Assembly: GCA_963730185.1 (NCBI GenBank)
Contig: CAVSQW010000017.1
Span: forward strand, 32,001-96,000
Length of the DNA stretch: 64,000 nt
DNA from: an uncultured Gemmatimonadales bacterium
GTDB lineage: Bacteria; Gemmatimonadota; Gemmatimonadetes; Gemmatimonadales; GWC2-71-9
Direction of reading: 5' to 3'
Shown: piece after piece, positions 1 to 14,132 of the stretch
Position numbering within the stretch: position 1 is the first letter of the stretch
How the letters are laid out: every line of letters begins with the position of its first letter
Notes under the pieces: generated by a model
The model's database searches: none
Told to the model about the DNA's origin: nothing
The model's input: only the letters and a program-made list of their open reading frames with translations
Made by a program: the position numbers and the translations under genes

Positions 1-332
1 TGGACACCTCGCTCGATGACGCCCCGACGGTGGTGGTGCCGGGCGTCACCCTCGCCGACGTGATGGCCGAGCACGATCTCCCCCGCATCGACCTCCTCAA
101 GATCGACGTCGAAGGAAGTGAGCTCGACGCCCTCGAAGGTCTGGGGCCGCGCCTGGCGCAGGTGGGCGTGATCGCGGGCGAGATGCACGAGCGGCTGGTG
201 AGCGAGGAGGCGTTCTACGGCCTGCTCGAGCGCTCAGGCTTCCGGGTCCTCCATCGGACCTACTACGGCAACGGCCGCCTCGACGGGGTCCACGCCTTCG
301 AGGCGGCTCGGGTCACCGCTGGGATAGCGTGA
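1..332 (+). CDS. FkbM family SAM-dependent methyltransferase, C-terminal part (5' end outside window)
   Basis: TLADVM...IDLLKIDVEGSELDAL motif typical of FkbM (Methyltransf_21); frame open to the window edge. Confidence 0.85.
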   Translation, partial: DTSLDDAPTVVVPGVTLADVMAEHDLPRIDLLKIDVEGSELDALEGLGPRLAQVGVIAGEMHERLVSEEAFYGLLERSGFRVLHRTYYGNGRLDGVHAFEAARVTAGIA

Positions 333-1981
333 TCGTCCCCGCCGCCGGAATGCTCGCTGTCAGGACCCCGCCGGCCGCCACTGTCACGGGCGCCCCCACC
401 GCGCCAGGCGCCGCGCTGGTGCTGAAGCTGACGTCGTAGGTTCCCGCGGGCACGCCACTCACGTTGAGGGTCGCCCCGGCCGTCGTATTCGCCACTACCA
501 CGAACTTCCCGTTGGCGTTTCGGAAGGCCACCGGCGCGATCGTGCCGGTGGTCGACGTCACCCCGATCCGCACCGCTCCCGGCCTCACGTGCCTGAAGAA
601 CTGGATCAACGGATACGCCGCCGGCCGGATCTCCATCGACTCCGTCAGGGTGTCGACCTTGATCAGGCTGGGCGCGTTGGGATAAGGCCCGGCCAGGCCG
701 TATTGCTGCCAGGACGACACGCCCGCCTTGGTCAGGTCGGCGAGCAGGGTGGAGGCGGTCGCGGTCGTGTACTCGAGCATCGCCGTCTGGACACCCGCGG
801 CGGCGGCGGTCGTCTTGATGCCGTTCAGGGTCGTGGCGCCGGGTGATCCGTAGAGGTGATAGGTCAGCTCGGCGAGGTACGGCGCCACGCCGGCCGTGTT
901 TCGAATGGCGTCGAAATAGGGGACGGCCTTCTTCGAGTCGAGGGTCGAGGGAGCGGCGAATTTCACCTTCTGAAAGCCGGCGGCCCGCACCGCGGGCGCG
1001 GCGGCCGCGATCATGGCCCCCAGCTGGGCGCCGCTGATCGCCGTGTTGCCGTTGTCAGGCTCCAGACGAGCTTCCCAGATGTCGGGCTCGAGGTTGAAGG
1101 TCTGTTTCAGGTGCTTCAGCACCGTCACGACGAACTCGGCATACTCCGCCGGCGAGCTCTGCTGAAAGCTCGCGGTGGCGCTGAAGCCCACGTAGCAGGT
1201 GTTGAGGACGAAGGGCTCGCCCCGCGCCTCGACCGCCGCCTTTACCGGAAGGACGTAGTTCTGCACCAGCCGGTCGAAGCAATGCCATCGGAAGCCTGAC
1301 GGATTGACCGAGTTCGGATCCGAGTTGTCGTTCTGGCCGATCCACTGGCTGCTGGCCCCGGCGCAGTTGCCGGTCTGGGCCGGAGAGACCGATTCGATGA
1401 TGTTGCCGGTGGCTCTGGAGTCGGATCCGATTGATGCCGATCTCGGCCGTGAGGGCCGCCAGCGCGGCATATCCCGCCGCGGAGAACCCCCAACCGTCGG
1501 ACAGCGTGGCTTCCCATCCCACGATGGTCTGGTAGGTCTGGCCGGCGTTGACGACCACGTTCGCGTTCGGGTTCGGCGGAACGATCGTGACCGCGGCGGT
1601 CTGGCTCTTCCCGCCCGCGGCCGCGGCCAACTGGTAGGAGCCTACCGCCGAGCCCGCGGTGAACGTGCCGGCGGTATCGTTGGTGGACGAGGTGGTCGTC
1701 CAGGTGCCACCCGGCGCCTGCCAGGACATGGTGGGACAGGCGATGGTCGTGCCCTGGTCGCTCCGGCACGAGGCCACGAAGCCCTGATCGGCTCCGGGCT
1801 GGAGCGAGGTGCCGGCCGGATTCACGACGATCGCGGCGAACACCGGGGCAGGCGGTGGCGGGGGCGGGGGGCCGATCGGCGATCCTCCGCCACATCCCAC
1901 CGGGATCATGGCACAGCCGGCCACGACCACGAACGCCGCTGCGAGCCAGGGCGCCGACCACCGCCGATTCGATCCGACCAT
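313..1981 (-). CDS. Secreted/lipoprotein glycoside hydrolase, GH30-like (clan GH-A) with N-terminal Ig-like domain; one frameshift near 1415
   Basis: ATG at 1981, signal peptide with possible lipobox Cys, poly-Pro linker, VVVNAGQTYQTIVGW, GINRIRL, then in the other frame LEPDN, LTYHLYG, MLEY and C-terminal FFRHVRPGAVRIG...VAFRNANGKFVVV typical of GH30. Confidence 0.65.
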
Positions 1982-2055
1982 CTGCCCCCCTTGCCTTCGT
2001 TCCGTTGCGGCCTCTGGGTCCCGTACCACCGGGAACGACTCTCGACCGGCTGAGA

Positions 2056-2071
2056 TGCACGTCCAGCGCCA
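2056..2071 (-). promoter_or_regulatory. Putative sigma54 (-24/-12) promoter of the GH30-like gene
   Basis: Minus strand TGGCGCTGGACGTGCA: GG-N10-GC, close to TGGCACGNNNNTTGCW, about 75 nt upstream of the ATG. Confidence 0.5.
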
Positions 2072-2152
2072 GCGGCTGGCGTGGCGCTTGCTTGTCGAAA
2101 GGTGCGCACGACGTTGGCCTTTGGAAACCGGCAATTGCGCTAGGCACCGGCC

Positions 2153-2168
2153 TGGCCGCATCTTTGCT
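2153..2168 (+). promoter_or_regulatory. Putative sigma54 promoter of the cysN-cysQC-cysD-wzx operon
   Basis: TGGCCGCATCTTTGCT: GG-N10-GC with TTGCT, about 100 nt upstream of the cysN start. Confidence 0.5.
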
Positions 2169-2177
2169 GGCCGGCAG

Positions 2178-2218
2178 TGTAGATGGCGTGCAACGGTGAG
2201 TGTGGCGTCGGCGCCACT
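2178..2218. promoter_or_regulatory. Tandem TGTNG-N8-CAACA-like palindromes (candidate activator binding sites)
   Basis: TGTAG-atggcgtg-CAACG (2178-2195) and TGTGG-cgtcggcg-CCACT (2201-2218). Confidence 0.45.
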
Positions 2219-2268
2219 GGCCTGTGACCCTAAGAAACGGACACCCGACCTATCAACCGCCCGATGAC

Positions 2269-5394
<3,126 letters not shown>

Positions 5395-5396
5395 CC

Positions 5397-6279
5397 ATGG
5401 ACCATCTCGATCAGCTCGAACACAGAAGCGTCCACATCTTCCGTGAGGCCTACGCCAACTACCGGAGCCTCTGCATGCTCTGGTCGATCGGCAAGGACAG
5501 CACCGTCCTGCTTTGGCTGGCCCGGAAGGCGTTCTTCGGACACGCGCCGTTTCCGCTGGTGCACATCGACACCTCGTTCAAGATTCCCGAGATGATCAGG
5601 TATCGCGACCGGCTGGCCGCGGAGTGGAACCTGAACCTGATCTACGGGCAGAATCGAGGAGGCGCTCGAGGCCAAGCGGACCTTCCCCGACGGGGCGGTC
5701 GACCGGATCGCCTGCTGCCGGGCCCTCAAGACCGAGGCGCTCAAGCACACCCTCTCGGGTGAGTGGCCGCGCTACCGGTTCAACCACGCCAAGAAGGCCT
5801 ACGAGCGCGACAAGAACACCGAGCCCTTCACCGGCGTCATCGTGGGGGCCCGGGCCGACGAGGAGGGCAGCCGGTCCAAGGAGCGTTACTTCTCTCCCCG
5901 CGACCAGCAGAACTCCTGGGACGTGGGCGACCAGCCGCCCGAGTTCTGGAACCAGTACAAGACCGAATTCGCGCCCGGGACCCACGTCCGGATCCATCCG
6001 CTGCTCGACTGGACCGAGCTCAACATCTGGGAGTACATCGAGCGGGAGAAGATCCCCACGGTGTCGCTCTACTACGATCAGGGCGAGGGGATCCGCTACC
6101 GGTCGCTGGGCTGCGGTCCCTGCACTAAGCCGGTCGAGTCCGACGCGAAGAACGTGGCGGAGATCATCGTGGAGCTCCGGACCGGCAAGTTCGCGAACAT
6201 CGCGGAGCGGTCGGGTCGGGCGCAGGACAAGGACGACGGCGGCGGGCTCGAGACCCTCAGGCGGGAAGGGTACATGTGA
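5397..6279 (+). CDS. cysD: Sulfate adenylyltransferase small subunit; frameshift near 5657
   Basis: [71 protein letters not shown]. Confidence 0.92.
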
Positions 6280-7718
6280 GCTCGGCGTCGCCGGCGCCGA
6301 CCCCGGCCGGCCCCTCGGCCGGACGGGTGGCCCGGAGCTTTCTGGCGCTCGGTCTCGGGGAGGCGCTGTCCCGGCTCATCGCGTTCGGAGCGACCGTCTA
6401 CGCGGCCCGGGTGCTCGGGGCCGGGGGCTACGGCGTGGTTGCCTGGGCGATGGCGGTCGTGCTCTACTTCAATCGCGTCGTCGACGCCGGCTTCGAGCTC
6501 GGGATCGGGGTGCGCGAGGTGGCCGCCCGACCCGAGTTCGTGGCCGAGGGCGCCGCCACGGTATTGACGTTCCGGACCGCCCTGGCGGTCATCCTCGTGA
6601 CCCTGGTGGTCGGGGCGTCGCTGATCTTCCTGCCGGAGCCGGACGCCAGCGTCCTGGCCGTTCAGATCCTCACGGTGCTCGCCGTCGGGATCAGCCCCCG
6701 TTGGGTTCACCTCGGCTTCCACCGCGCCCGGTTGTCGGCCTCCGCGACCGCGGCGGGCCAGCTGCTGATGGCCCTCCTGGTGCTGGCCCTGGTCCGGTCG
6801 CCCGACGACCTCCGGATCATGCCGGCCGCGCAGGTGGCGGGCGACCTGCTCGCCGCCTCGATCCTGGTCGTCGCCCTCCGGCGTCTGGACGGCTCGCTCC
6901 GAGTCCAGGTGGACTGGGCCGTGCTCCGGCCGCTGCTGCCCCGATCCCGTCACATGGTCGCCAGCGGGTTGCTGGGCATCGCCACCTACAGCCTGGGGGT
7001 GCTCTTTCTCCGCGGTTTCGACGGACCGGCCTCCGCCGGTCTGTATGCCGCCGCCTACTCGCTGGTGATCTTCTTCGTCAACGTCGGCTTGATGTACAGC
7101 CTGAGTCTGTTGCCGACGTTGACCCGGCTGGGCGACGAGCCCGGCGCCCGGAACGCCCTCTATGCGACCGCGCTGACCCAGGTCTTCACCGTGGCCTTTC
7201 CGGTGGCGGTGGGCGGGGCGCTCCTGGCCGCGCCGTTCATCGGCTTGATCTACGGACCGTCCTACCTCCCCGCGGCCGTCGCCTTCGGCGTTCTGGTGTG
7301 GTCGATTCCCTGTGACCTGCTTCGGGACGTGTCGATCGCCGCGCTGATGTCGGTGGGCCGGGAGCGCACCGTCTTCCGGATCACCGTGGTCTCGGCCACC
7401 ACCAGCCTCGCCCTGGGGTTGCTCCTGGTGCCGCGCTTCGGGTTGGTCGGGGCGGCGGCGGTAACCTTTGCGGCGGAGCTGCTCCGGTTGGTGCTGGCTC
7501 TGATCCTGGTCCGGCGCTCGGGGTTCGCGGGCCTACCGGTCGGCCGGATGGCGCGTCCCGTCGTCGCGGGCCTGGCGATGGGAGTGGTGGTCTACCTGAC
7601 GGCGTCGTTTCCGGTGCCCCTGGTGGTTGGGTTCGGGATGGTGGCCTACGCTTTGGCCTTGATCGCGGTGGGCGGCCTTCGGGTGTCGCTCCGGGGCTGG
7701 CCCGAGCTCACGGTGTGA
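6276..7718 (+). CDS. wzx: Wzx-type oligosaccharide flippase (MOP/PST family)
   Basis: About 12-14 TM segments, [33 protein letters not shown] overlap with cysD. Confidence 0.85.
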   Translation: MSSASPAPTPAGPSAGRVARSFLALGLGEALSRLIAFGATVYAARVLGAGGYGVVAWAMAVVLYFNRVVDAGFELGIGVREVAARPEFVAEGAATVLTFRTALAVILVTLVVGASLIFLPEPDASVLAVQILTVLAVGISPRWVHLGFHRARLSASATAAGQLLMALLVLALVRSPDDLRIMPAAQVAGDLLAASILVVALRRLDGSLRVQVDWAVLRPLLPRSRHMVASGLLGIATYSLGVLFLRGFDGPASAGLYAAAYSLVIFFVNVGLMYSLSLLPTLTRLGDEPGARNALYATALTQVFTVAFPVAVGGALLAAPFIGLIYGPSYLPAAVAFGVLVWSIPCDLLRDVSIAALMSVGRERTVFRITVVSATTSLALGLLLVPRFGLVGAAAVTFAAELLRLVLALILVRRSGFAGLPVGRMARPVVAGLAMGVVVYLTASFPVPLVVGFGMVAYALALIAVGGLRVSLRGWPELTV

Positions 7719-7722
7719 CCAC

Positions 7723-8652
7723 TCAGGGGCGTCGGGTCAGGTAGCCCGACAGCTCGCCCCAGCTCCAAGCCGCCAGCAGCATCAGGACGAGCGGGCTCGC
7801 GGCGACGAACTGGGCCCACTGCCGGCGTTTGCCGAGCCGCGCGACCGCGTGTCGGGCGAAGAGCACCAGGGGGAGGATCGGCGTACCGAGGATGAGCGCC
7901 AGCCGCTTGGCCGGGGAGAGCTCCCGCACCCGGGTGTAGGCGAACAACCGACCCCAATCCCGGCGCTCCCGGAACATCGCGCTCGGCCGGAGCCCAGTCC
8001 GCTGCTGGTCGACGATCGGTTCGGGGGAGAGCCAGAGGACTTCGCCGGCGTTCAGCAAGGCCCAGTGCACCACCGTCTCGTGATAGCGGTCCTGCCAGAG
8101 ATCGCGGGTCGCCTCCAGGGCCTCGCGGCGGTAGCAGATGTTGACGTCGGTGATATAGGGCCGGGGTCCGGAGACGAACGGCGGCTGGTAGCGGGTGAAG
8201 TCGCAGAAGTAGGCGGCCCAGCTGCTCAGGGTGGTCTGGCCGTTTTCGACCGCGCCGCCGATCGCCGCGACCCGCCGATCCCGGTGCAGGGCCAGCATCC
8301 GGTCGGCCCAGTCCGGCCGAGGGATCCCTCGATCTTCCAGGATGGCCACCAGGGGCGCGCTCGCTTGGGCCAGGCCGGTCGCCCGTCGGCGATCGTAGAG
8401 CTCGTGCTGCCCGCCCGGAGTGCTGGTGGGGTAGCGGGTCTCGACCCGACCGAGGCTGGGGAACCGGACGCCGGGGAACCGGTCGGCCAGCCGACCCACC
8501 TCCGGAACCGACTCGTCCCAGGGCACGATCACCTCGAGGGCCGGCGCTCCCGTCTGCGCGGTGAGCGCCTCGAGGCACCGGGTCAGGGTCGGGCCACCGT
8601 CGACCACGGTGAGCACCACGGACATCACGGGGGCGGGGCGGGTGCCGGTCAT
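7723..8652 (-). CDS. Glycosyltransferase family 2 with C-terminal TM segments
   Basis: MSVVLTVVDGGPTLTRCLEAL, RRRATGL, VAILED, NICYRREAL; ATG 8652 overlaps upstream stop. Confidence 0.75.
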   Translation of the reverse strand: MTGTRPAPVMSVVLTVVDGGPTLTRCLEALTAQTGAPALEVIVPWDESVPEVGRLADRFPGVRFPSLGRVETRYPTSTPGGQHELYDRRRATGLAQASAPLVAILEDRGIPRPDWADRMLALHRDRRVAAIGGAVENGQTTLSSWAAYFCDFTRYQPPFVSGPRPYITDVNICYRREALEATRDLWQDRYHETVVHWALLNAGEVLWLSPEPIVDQQRTGLRPSAMFRERRDWGRLFAYTRVRELSPAKRLALILGTPILPLVLFARHAVARLGKRRQWAQFVAASPLVLMLLAAWSWGELSGYLTRRP

Positions 8653-10262
8653 GGTTCGAGAGCCCGGGCCACGCGGGTCGCGTTGGCCATCAGGGTGAGC
8701 GTCAAATTCTTGGCCGGCAGGAACGGAAACGTCGCTCCGTCGGCGACCACCAGGTTCGGGAAGTCGTGGCTCCGCCCGTCCGGGGCGCAGGTGTGGCGAC
8801 CGGGCGTCCGGCTCAGGGGCAGGGTCCCGGCGTAGTGGGCACTGGTGCCCTTGGGCAGGACCCGGGTCATGCCGGGCGGGAGCCAGCATCCCAGTCGCCG
8901 GAGGGCCCGGCGCACCCGGCCCAGGGCGTCGGCCAGGAGCGCTGGCTCAGCGGAGTCGTCGACGTAGTCGATGACCAGCCGCGAGCGGCCCGGCTCGGGA
9001 TCCGGTTCGAGCGTCAGGCCGCTCTCCGCCCGGCGGCGGTCCGCCAGGTTGACGTTGGCGATGCCCAGGCCCGCCCGGAGGGCGCGGAAGGCGGCGGTCG
9101 CTCCCCGGAAGTCGAGGGGCAGACTCTGGACGATCGGATGGATCGACGCGGCTCGGAGCGTCGTGATCTGCCCGTGGATGTACTCTTTCGGGTCGGGGCG
9201 CTCGAGCCCGAAGGCCAGGTGGTGGTACTGGTACTGGTCGGTCTCGACCGGCGAGCCGATCATCGCCGGGGTGAGAAACGGGACGTGGGCCTGCCTGTTA
9301 TCCATGAGGCCGGTCAGCCGCTCGGCGGTCTGGGTCCGGCGGAGAATCGACTCCAGATAGATCTTCGAACTGGCGAGGGCGCCCGCGGCGAGCACGAACA
9401 CGTCGCCCGGAAAGGATCCGGTCGGTCCGCCTTCGCTCGGGATGGCGGCGAGTGAGGTGATTCGGCCGTCGGCTCCGTACTCGAAGTGGGTCGCGAGCAG
9501 ACCCGGCCGGTAGTGGAAGCTCCGGTGCTCGAGGCACGCCGCCAGGGTGCTGACCGGGCTGTAGATGGAGCGGGTCGGGCAGCCCCAGAGGCAGCGGCCC
9601 AACTGACCGCAGGCGGGTCGACCGGCGTGGTCGCGGCTCAGGACGGCCACCCGGGACCGGCCCAGGTGGAATTGGAGCCGCTCCCGGAGCGCCGCCCGCT
9701 CCCGCCGATAGCGTTCGACCAGCAGGGCCGAGTGCCGGTCCAATGGCAGCGGGGGGAGGTAGCCGTCGCTCAGCGGGAAGAATGGCGCCAGGTCGTCCGG
9801 CGCGCCAGCCACGCCGATCCGGTCGACGACCGTTCGGTACCCGTTCGCCAGCGCGCCGGGGTCCAAGGGAAAATCGGCCAGGTCCTCCGGGCCGAACTCG
9901 TATGCCCCGGCGGTCCAGGCTTCGGCCAACCCACCGCGGGCGAAGCTGAAGAAGGCCCGCATCACGCCGTCCTGAACCCGGAAGGGCGAGGGCCGCCGGA
10001 AGACGAATGTCTTGGACGGTGGCTGCCCGTAGTAGCTCGAGGTGCTGGCCGGATACACGACCCCTTCGCCGTCGGCGCCGAGGAAATAAGCCACCGGGTC
10101 GTCGAGTCGCTCGGGCATCTGGCTGAAGGTGGCGTCGGGAGCCACCGGGTCCGGACGGACATAGCCTACGTCGAGCATGGTCACGTCGAACCCACGCTCC
10201 AGAGCCGTCAGGGCGAAGTGGACCCCGGAGGCACCCGACCCGACCACCACCAGCCGGGTCAT
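8649..10262 (-). CDS. GMC-family FAD oxidoreductase
   Basis: VVVGSGASG, ARGGLAEAW, CGQLGRCLWGC, VLAAGALAS, HYAGT, NLVVADGATFP...NLTLTLMANATR. Confidence 0.85.
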   Translation of the reverse strand: MTRLVVVGSGASGVHFALTALERGFDVTMLDVGYVRPDPVAPDATFSQMPERLDDPVAYFLGADGEGVVYPASTSSYYGQPPSKTFVFRRPSPFRVQDGVMRAFFSFARGGLAEAWTAGAYEFGPEDLADFPLDPGALANGYRTVVDRIGVAGAPDDLAPFFPLSDGYLPPLPLDRHSALLVERYRRERAALRERLQFHLGRSRVAVLSRDHAGRPACGQLGRCLWGCPTRSIYSPVSTLAACLEHRSFHYRPGLLATHFEYGADGRITSLAAIPSEGGPTGSFPGDVFVLAAGALASSKIYLESILRRTQTAERLTGLMDNRQAHVPFLTPAMIGSPVETDQYQYHHLAFGLERPDPKEYIHGQITTLRAASIHPIVQSLPLDFRGATAAFRALRAGLGIANVNLADRRRAESGLTLEPDPEPGRSRLVIDYVDDSAEPALLADALGRVRRALRRLGCWLPPGMTRVLPKGTSAHYAGTLPLSRTPGRHTCAPDGRSHDFPNLVVADGATFPFLPAKNLTLTLMANATRVARALEP

Positions 10263-10720
10263 GGGTCGGTCGCCGGGGTGTGCCGGGAGCCGGCGAGTCC
10301 GAGGACGAGGTGGACCGGTCCGAAGACCACGAGGCCCGAGACGAGGGCGACACCACTCCCCGCGAGGTGGCCGACCAGCCGGGCCACGACGGCGGGCCGA
10401 CGGCCGACGTCGGCGGAGTGCAGGGCGGGATGGGTGTCGGGCGCGTTCTCGAGGATCGCGAGCATCAGCGTGAGGCGCCGGCGGAGCGGCCCCACGGGCC
10501 GGACGAAGCGGGCGTACCCGTCGGCCATCCGGGTCCAAGGTGAGCCCCATCGGGCGGCCGCGAGCAGGGCCCGGTCGATGGCGGGCGCACCTCTCGTCGG
10601 GGCGACCCGATCGGGGTCCGCCCGCCGGTACCAGGCCTCGACCTCGCCGCTCGGCGTCCGGCCCGAGAGGTAGCGACCGAACGCGCGGCACTCCCGCGCC
10701 AGGCGCTGGTCGGTCGTCAC
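10259..10720 (-). CDS. Hypothetical protein with C-terminal hydrophobic segment
   Basis: About 153 aa frame filling the gap exactly, with 4-nt start/stop overlaps on both sides. Confidence 0.7.
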   Translation of the reverse strand: MTTDQRLARECRAFGRYLSGRTPSGEVEAWYRRADPDRVAPTRGAPAIDRALLAAARWGSPWTRMADGYARFVRPVGPLRRRLTLMLAILENAPDTHPALHSADVGRRPAVVARLVGHLAGSGVALVSGLVVFGPVHLVLGLAGSRHTPATDP

Positions 10721-11628
10721 CGGGGGGCCCCATCCAACATGGCGGCCAGCCCCCGCCGGGCCGGCGGACACCAGGCCGGTGGGCGTCGGGTGACCACGGC
10801 TGGGTTCGAGAAGGCGGCCAGCTGTCCCGCGGTGAACGGCAGGACCGGGAGCAGGAGCGGCTCGCACGCGGCCAGGATGGTGCGCAGCGGCTCGATCGGA
10901 ATCCGGATTGGGGCCCGGGGCGACTGGCCGGCCCGGACTCGGAAAGCCGCCATCAGCTCGGTGATCGGAAGCACCTCCGGCCCCCCGAGCTCAATCGGGT
11001 CGGTGGGCCAGTCCGGGCTGGCCAGCGCCGCCAGCAGAGCGTCGACCACGTCGTCGACATGGACCGGCTGCACGGTCCGACCGGCGCCGAAGGTTACTGG
11101 AATCGGGAGCGTGGCCAGCCGCCGGAGGTTGGCGGCGACGGGGCTCCCAGGGCCAAGGATCAGCGTGGGGCGGACGATCAGCGTCTCGAGCCCGCTCTCC
11201 CGGACCAGGGTTTCCGCCGCTGCCTTGGCTTCAGCGTAGTGGTAGTGACGCCGGTCGGTATACCCGGCGGCGATGCTGCTGACGAAGAGAAAACGGCGGA
11301 CCTGGTGCCGGCGGGCGGCGTCGAGGAGAAGCTGAGTGGCCGTCACGGAAGCCGCGTGGTGAGCCCCAGCGCTGGCCTTGCCGGTCAGGGCGGCGAGGTG
11401 GACCACCGTGTCGACGCCTTGGAGGGCGGCGGTCCAGGGGCCGGGACGGCGGAGGTCGCCCACCACGGTCTGGCCGGGTCCGGCAGTGTGGTCGGGGCTT
11501 CGGACCAGGTACCGCACCTCACGCTGCCCTGCCTCGGCCAGACGATGGGTCAGGCGGCGGCCGACGAACCCGGTGGCCCCCGTGACGAAGAGCGGCCCCG
11601 CGACGGCCGGGGCCGAGGCGGGGCTCAT
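10717..11628 (-). CDS. NAD-dependent epimerase/dehydratase (extended SDR)
   Basis: VTGATGFVG, VVHLAA, FVSS, YAEAK (YxxxK), VRPTLILG. Confidence 0.88.
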   Translation of the reverse strand: MSPASAPAVAGPLFVTGATGFVGRRLTHRLAEAGQREVRYLVRSPDHTAGPGQTVVGDLRRPGPWTAALQGVDTVVHLAALTGKASAGAHHAASVTATQLLLDAARRHQVRRFLFVSSIAAGYTDRRHYHYAEAKAAAETLVRESGLETLIVRPTLILGPGSPVAANLRRLATLPIPVTFGAGRTVQPVHVDDVVDALLAALASPDWPTDPIELGGPEVLPITELMAAFRVRAGQSPRAPIRIPIEPLRTILAACEPLLLPVLPFTAGQLAAFSNPAVVTRRPPAWCPPARRGLAAMLDGAPR

Positions 11629-12440
11629 GCCCGCTTGGAAACCGGTACGGTTCGGCGCGAGCCGGCCGACCAGGCCTCTCGCCAGAGCTTCCATCGGATC
11701 CGGGCCACGCCCTTGATGTCCTCCCACGCGGTGCGGACGATCTTCACTCGGCTGTCGTCGTCCTCGACCCAGGCGACGGGCAGGTCCATGATCTTGTAGC
11801 CCCGCTTCTCGGCCAGGACGAGGAGCTCGGTGTCGAAGAACCAGGACTGATCCTCGATCTCCGGCACGATCTCCTGCACCACCCGCCGACTGACGACCTT
11901 GAACCCGCACTGCGCGTCGCTGAACGAGGTCCAGAGGACGCTCTTGACCATCAGATTGTAGAGTCGGGAGATGACCTCGCGCTTCCACGAGCGGACGACC
12001 TTCGAGTCGCGAAGCAGACGCGATCCGGTGCCGAGGTCGTACCCTCCATCCAGAATCCCGTCGACCAGCTTGGGCAGGGCGGCCAGCTCGGTCGAGAGGT
12101 CGACGTCGGTGTAACAGACGACCTCGGCGTCGCTCTGGGTCCAGGCGTGCCGGAGGGCCCGACCCCGGCCTCGGAGCGGCAGCTGGACGAACTGGACCTC
12201 GTCCGGGTGGTCGGCCACCAGCTTGCGCGCCACCTCCGCGGTCCCGTCGTTCGAGCCGTTGTCGACCACCACGACCCGCCAGCGCCGGCGCAGTTCGCGC
12301 GCCAGGAAAGTTCGGACCTCGGTGACGCTCTTCGCCAGGACGTGGGCCTCGTTGAGCACCGGAATGACCAAGTCGACCCGCGGGTCGGTTCCCGAGGGTG
12401 GCTGCGGCTTGACGCCTGGTGCCGTGGGCGGCTGTGCCAT
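11625..12440 (-). CDS. GT2, dolichyl/polyprenyl-phosphate glycosyltransferase (DPM1/ALG5-like)
   Basis: VIPVLNEA, VVDNGSNDGT, GRGRAL, YTDVDLS, GSR, SDAQCGFK, WFFDTELL. Confidence 0.88.
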   Translation of the reverse strand: MAQPPTAPGVKPQPPSGTDPRVDLVIPVLNEAHVLAKSVTEVRTFLARELRRRWRVVVVDNGSNDGTAEVARKLVADHPDEVQFVQLPLRGRGRALRHAWTQSDAEVVCYTDVDLSTELAALPKLVDGILDGGYDLGTGSRLLRDSKVVRSWKREVISRLYNLMVKSVLWTSFSDAQCGFKVVSRRVVQEIVPEIEDQSWFFDTELLVLAEKRGYKIMDLPVAWVEDDDSRVKIVRTAWEDIKGVARIRWKLWREAWSAGSRRTVPVSKRA

Positions 12441-12614
12441 CGACCAGCTCCCCAATTCGCCGTTCCGTTGTGGCTCGGTGGCCGTCACCTGCGGTGGCGG
12501 CGCGACAGTTGGACCCCCCGGGGCCGCGAACCGCGTTCCCGCCTCGGGTTCAGTCTGTCATGTTGTTGCAAAACAACGACTTACCGCGATGCCTCGCGAC
12601 TGAAATGGGCAAGC

Positions 12615-14132
12615 TTAGTGCCAGGACACCTCCGACAGGCCGGCCGGCTTCCAGGGTGACTTCACCCGCCAGACCATGAATATGAGCACCGCCCAGACGG
12701 CCATCCATGGGAGCGCCGAGGGCCTACCCGACAGCCAGGGAAGGTACTGCTCCGACATGTGCGACAGGACCGTGAGCCAGGGGAGCTGGAAGCCCTCCGT
12801 GAAGACCCGCACCACGTCCTGCGCGATGCTGCCCTGACCCCGTACCATCGCCATCGACCAGCCGACCACCACCGACAGGAAGGCGAGGCCGTAGGCCAGG
12901 ATCCGCGGCATCCGGAGGAGCGCCGGCACGGCGGCCAGGAACAGGAACGGGAAGGCCGGCGCGAGATAGCGGATCCCGGAGATCCACTGGATCCGGGTGT
13001 ACTGGACCGTCCCGAAGAAGAGCACCAGGACCATGGTAAAGCCGAGGCACAGGATCGCCTCGCGCATGGGGAGCGGGCCGCGCCGGCGCCGGGCCAGCCA
13101 GAGCGCCGCGATCGACACCAGGGCCAGCGGCATGGTCACGAACAGTCCGAACCGGGGCTCGAACAGCAGCTCCTTCAAGAGGAGCGGGCTGATCCCGCCC
13201 ACCCCCTGGTAGCCGACGTCGCTCCACTGGACTGGTGGCATCCAGTTCTGGGGCGGGAGGAACGGGTTCCCGAAGCTCGCCCACTGGTACTGCATCAAGA
13301 GCAGGGTGCCGGGGATGAGGCCGAGGCCGTACCGGAACGCGTCCTTGAACCCGGCCGCCCAGCCGACCTCGTCGGCCCGCCGCCACCAGGCGTAGAGTCC
13401 GATCATTCCGGCGGTGATGGCGCCGCTGTAGTCGCACAGGAAGGAGAGGCCGCCCAGCAGGCCGGCGATGAAATACCGGGTCGCGGGGCGCCAGGCGATT
13501 CGGCCGGCCGGGTTCCAGACCAACACGAATGCGGCGAACTCGAAGACGCCGATGGCCAGATTGTGGTTCAGGTACCCGGTTCGGAAAAAGACGGGGGTTC
13601 CGAACGCGTAGAGCAGGGAGAGCCAGAGCGCCCGGCGCTGACTCAGGCCGATGGCCCCCAGGACGCCGAACATCAGGACCACGCCCCAGGCGGTGATCGG
13701 GGCCATGCAAAGGACCATGGTCACCGCGGCCACCAGGCCGAAGCGGATGTCCAGGCCCCGCTGGCGGGTGGTCCGATAGAACTCGACTCGCACCGGCCGG
13801 TTGTCGCGGTAGACGGCGGTGGTGTCGCCGCTCGCCTGCCGGGCGGCGAGCTCGCGATTCACGACCCAATCGATCGCCGGCTTGGTGAGGAAGTAGGGCA
13901 GCGCCGCGAGCATCGAGATGCCCGGGTTAGCCCCGTGGTGGGCCCCCGGAACGCTCGACCGGGGCGGGTTCATGAAGATGTCGGCGTGGAGGCCGTAATA
14001 CGGATCGAGGCGGTACGAGTGGTCCTCGACCATGCTGAGCACCAGGTAGTGCTCCCGCACGAAGTTGGTGGCGAAGTGCAGGGTATACACCAGCCAACAG
14101 GTGAGGAACAGCCGGAGCCGGACCGCGGTCAT
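12615..14132 (-). CDS. Polytopic membrane protein, probable GT-C fold glycosyltransferase
   Basis: About 11-13 TM segments, acidic first loop (REHY...EDHSYRLD), LYAFGTP, FGNPF, GIRYLAP near the C-terminus. Confidence 0.55.
   Translation of the reverse strand: MTAVRLRLFLTCWLVYTLHFATNFVREHYLVLSMVEDHSYRLDPYYGLHADIFMNPPRSSVPGAHHGANPGISMLAALPYFLTKPAIDWVVNRELAARQASGDTTAVYRDNRPVRVEFYRTTRQRGLDIRFGLVAAVTMVLCMAPITAWGVVLMFGVLGAIGLSQRRALWLSLLYAFGTPVFFRTGYLNHNLAIGVFEFAAFVLVWNPAGRIAWRPATRYFIAGLLGGLSFLCDYSGAITAGMIGLYAWWRRADEVGWAAGFKDAFRYGLGLIPGTLLLMQYQWASFGNPFLPPQNWMPPVQWSDVGYQGVGGISPLLLKELLFEPRFGLFVTMPLALVSIAALWLARRRRGPLPMREAILCLGFTMVLVLFFGTVQYTRIQWISGIRYLAPAFPFLFLAAVPALLRMPRILAYGLAFLSVVVGWSMAMVRGQGSIAQDVVRVFTEGFQLPWLTVLSHMSEQYLPWLSGRPSALPWMAVWAVLIFMVWRVKSPWKPAGLSEVSWH

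Noticed and set aside
313..400. PEP-CTERM-type sorting signal on the GH30-like protein
   Set aside because: C-terminus (GTITLSQR) has no PEP motif, TM helix or basic tail
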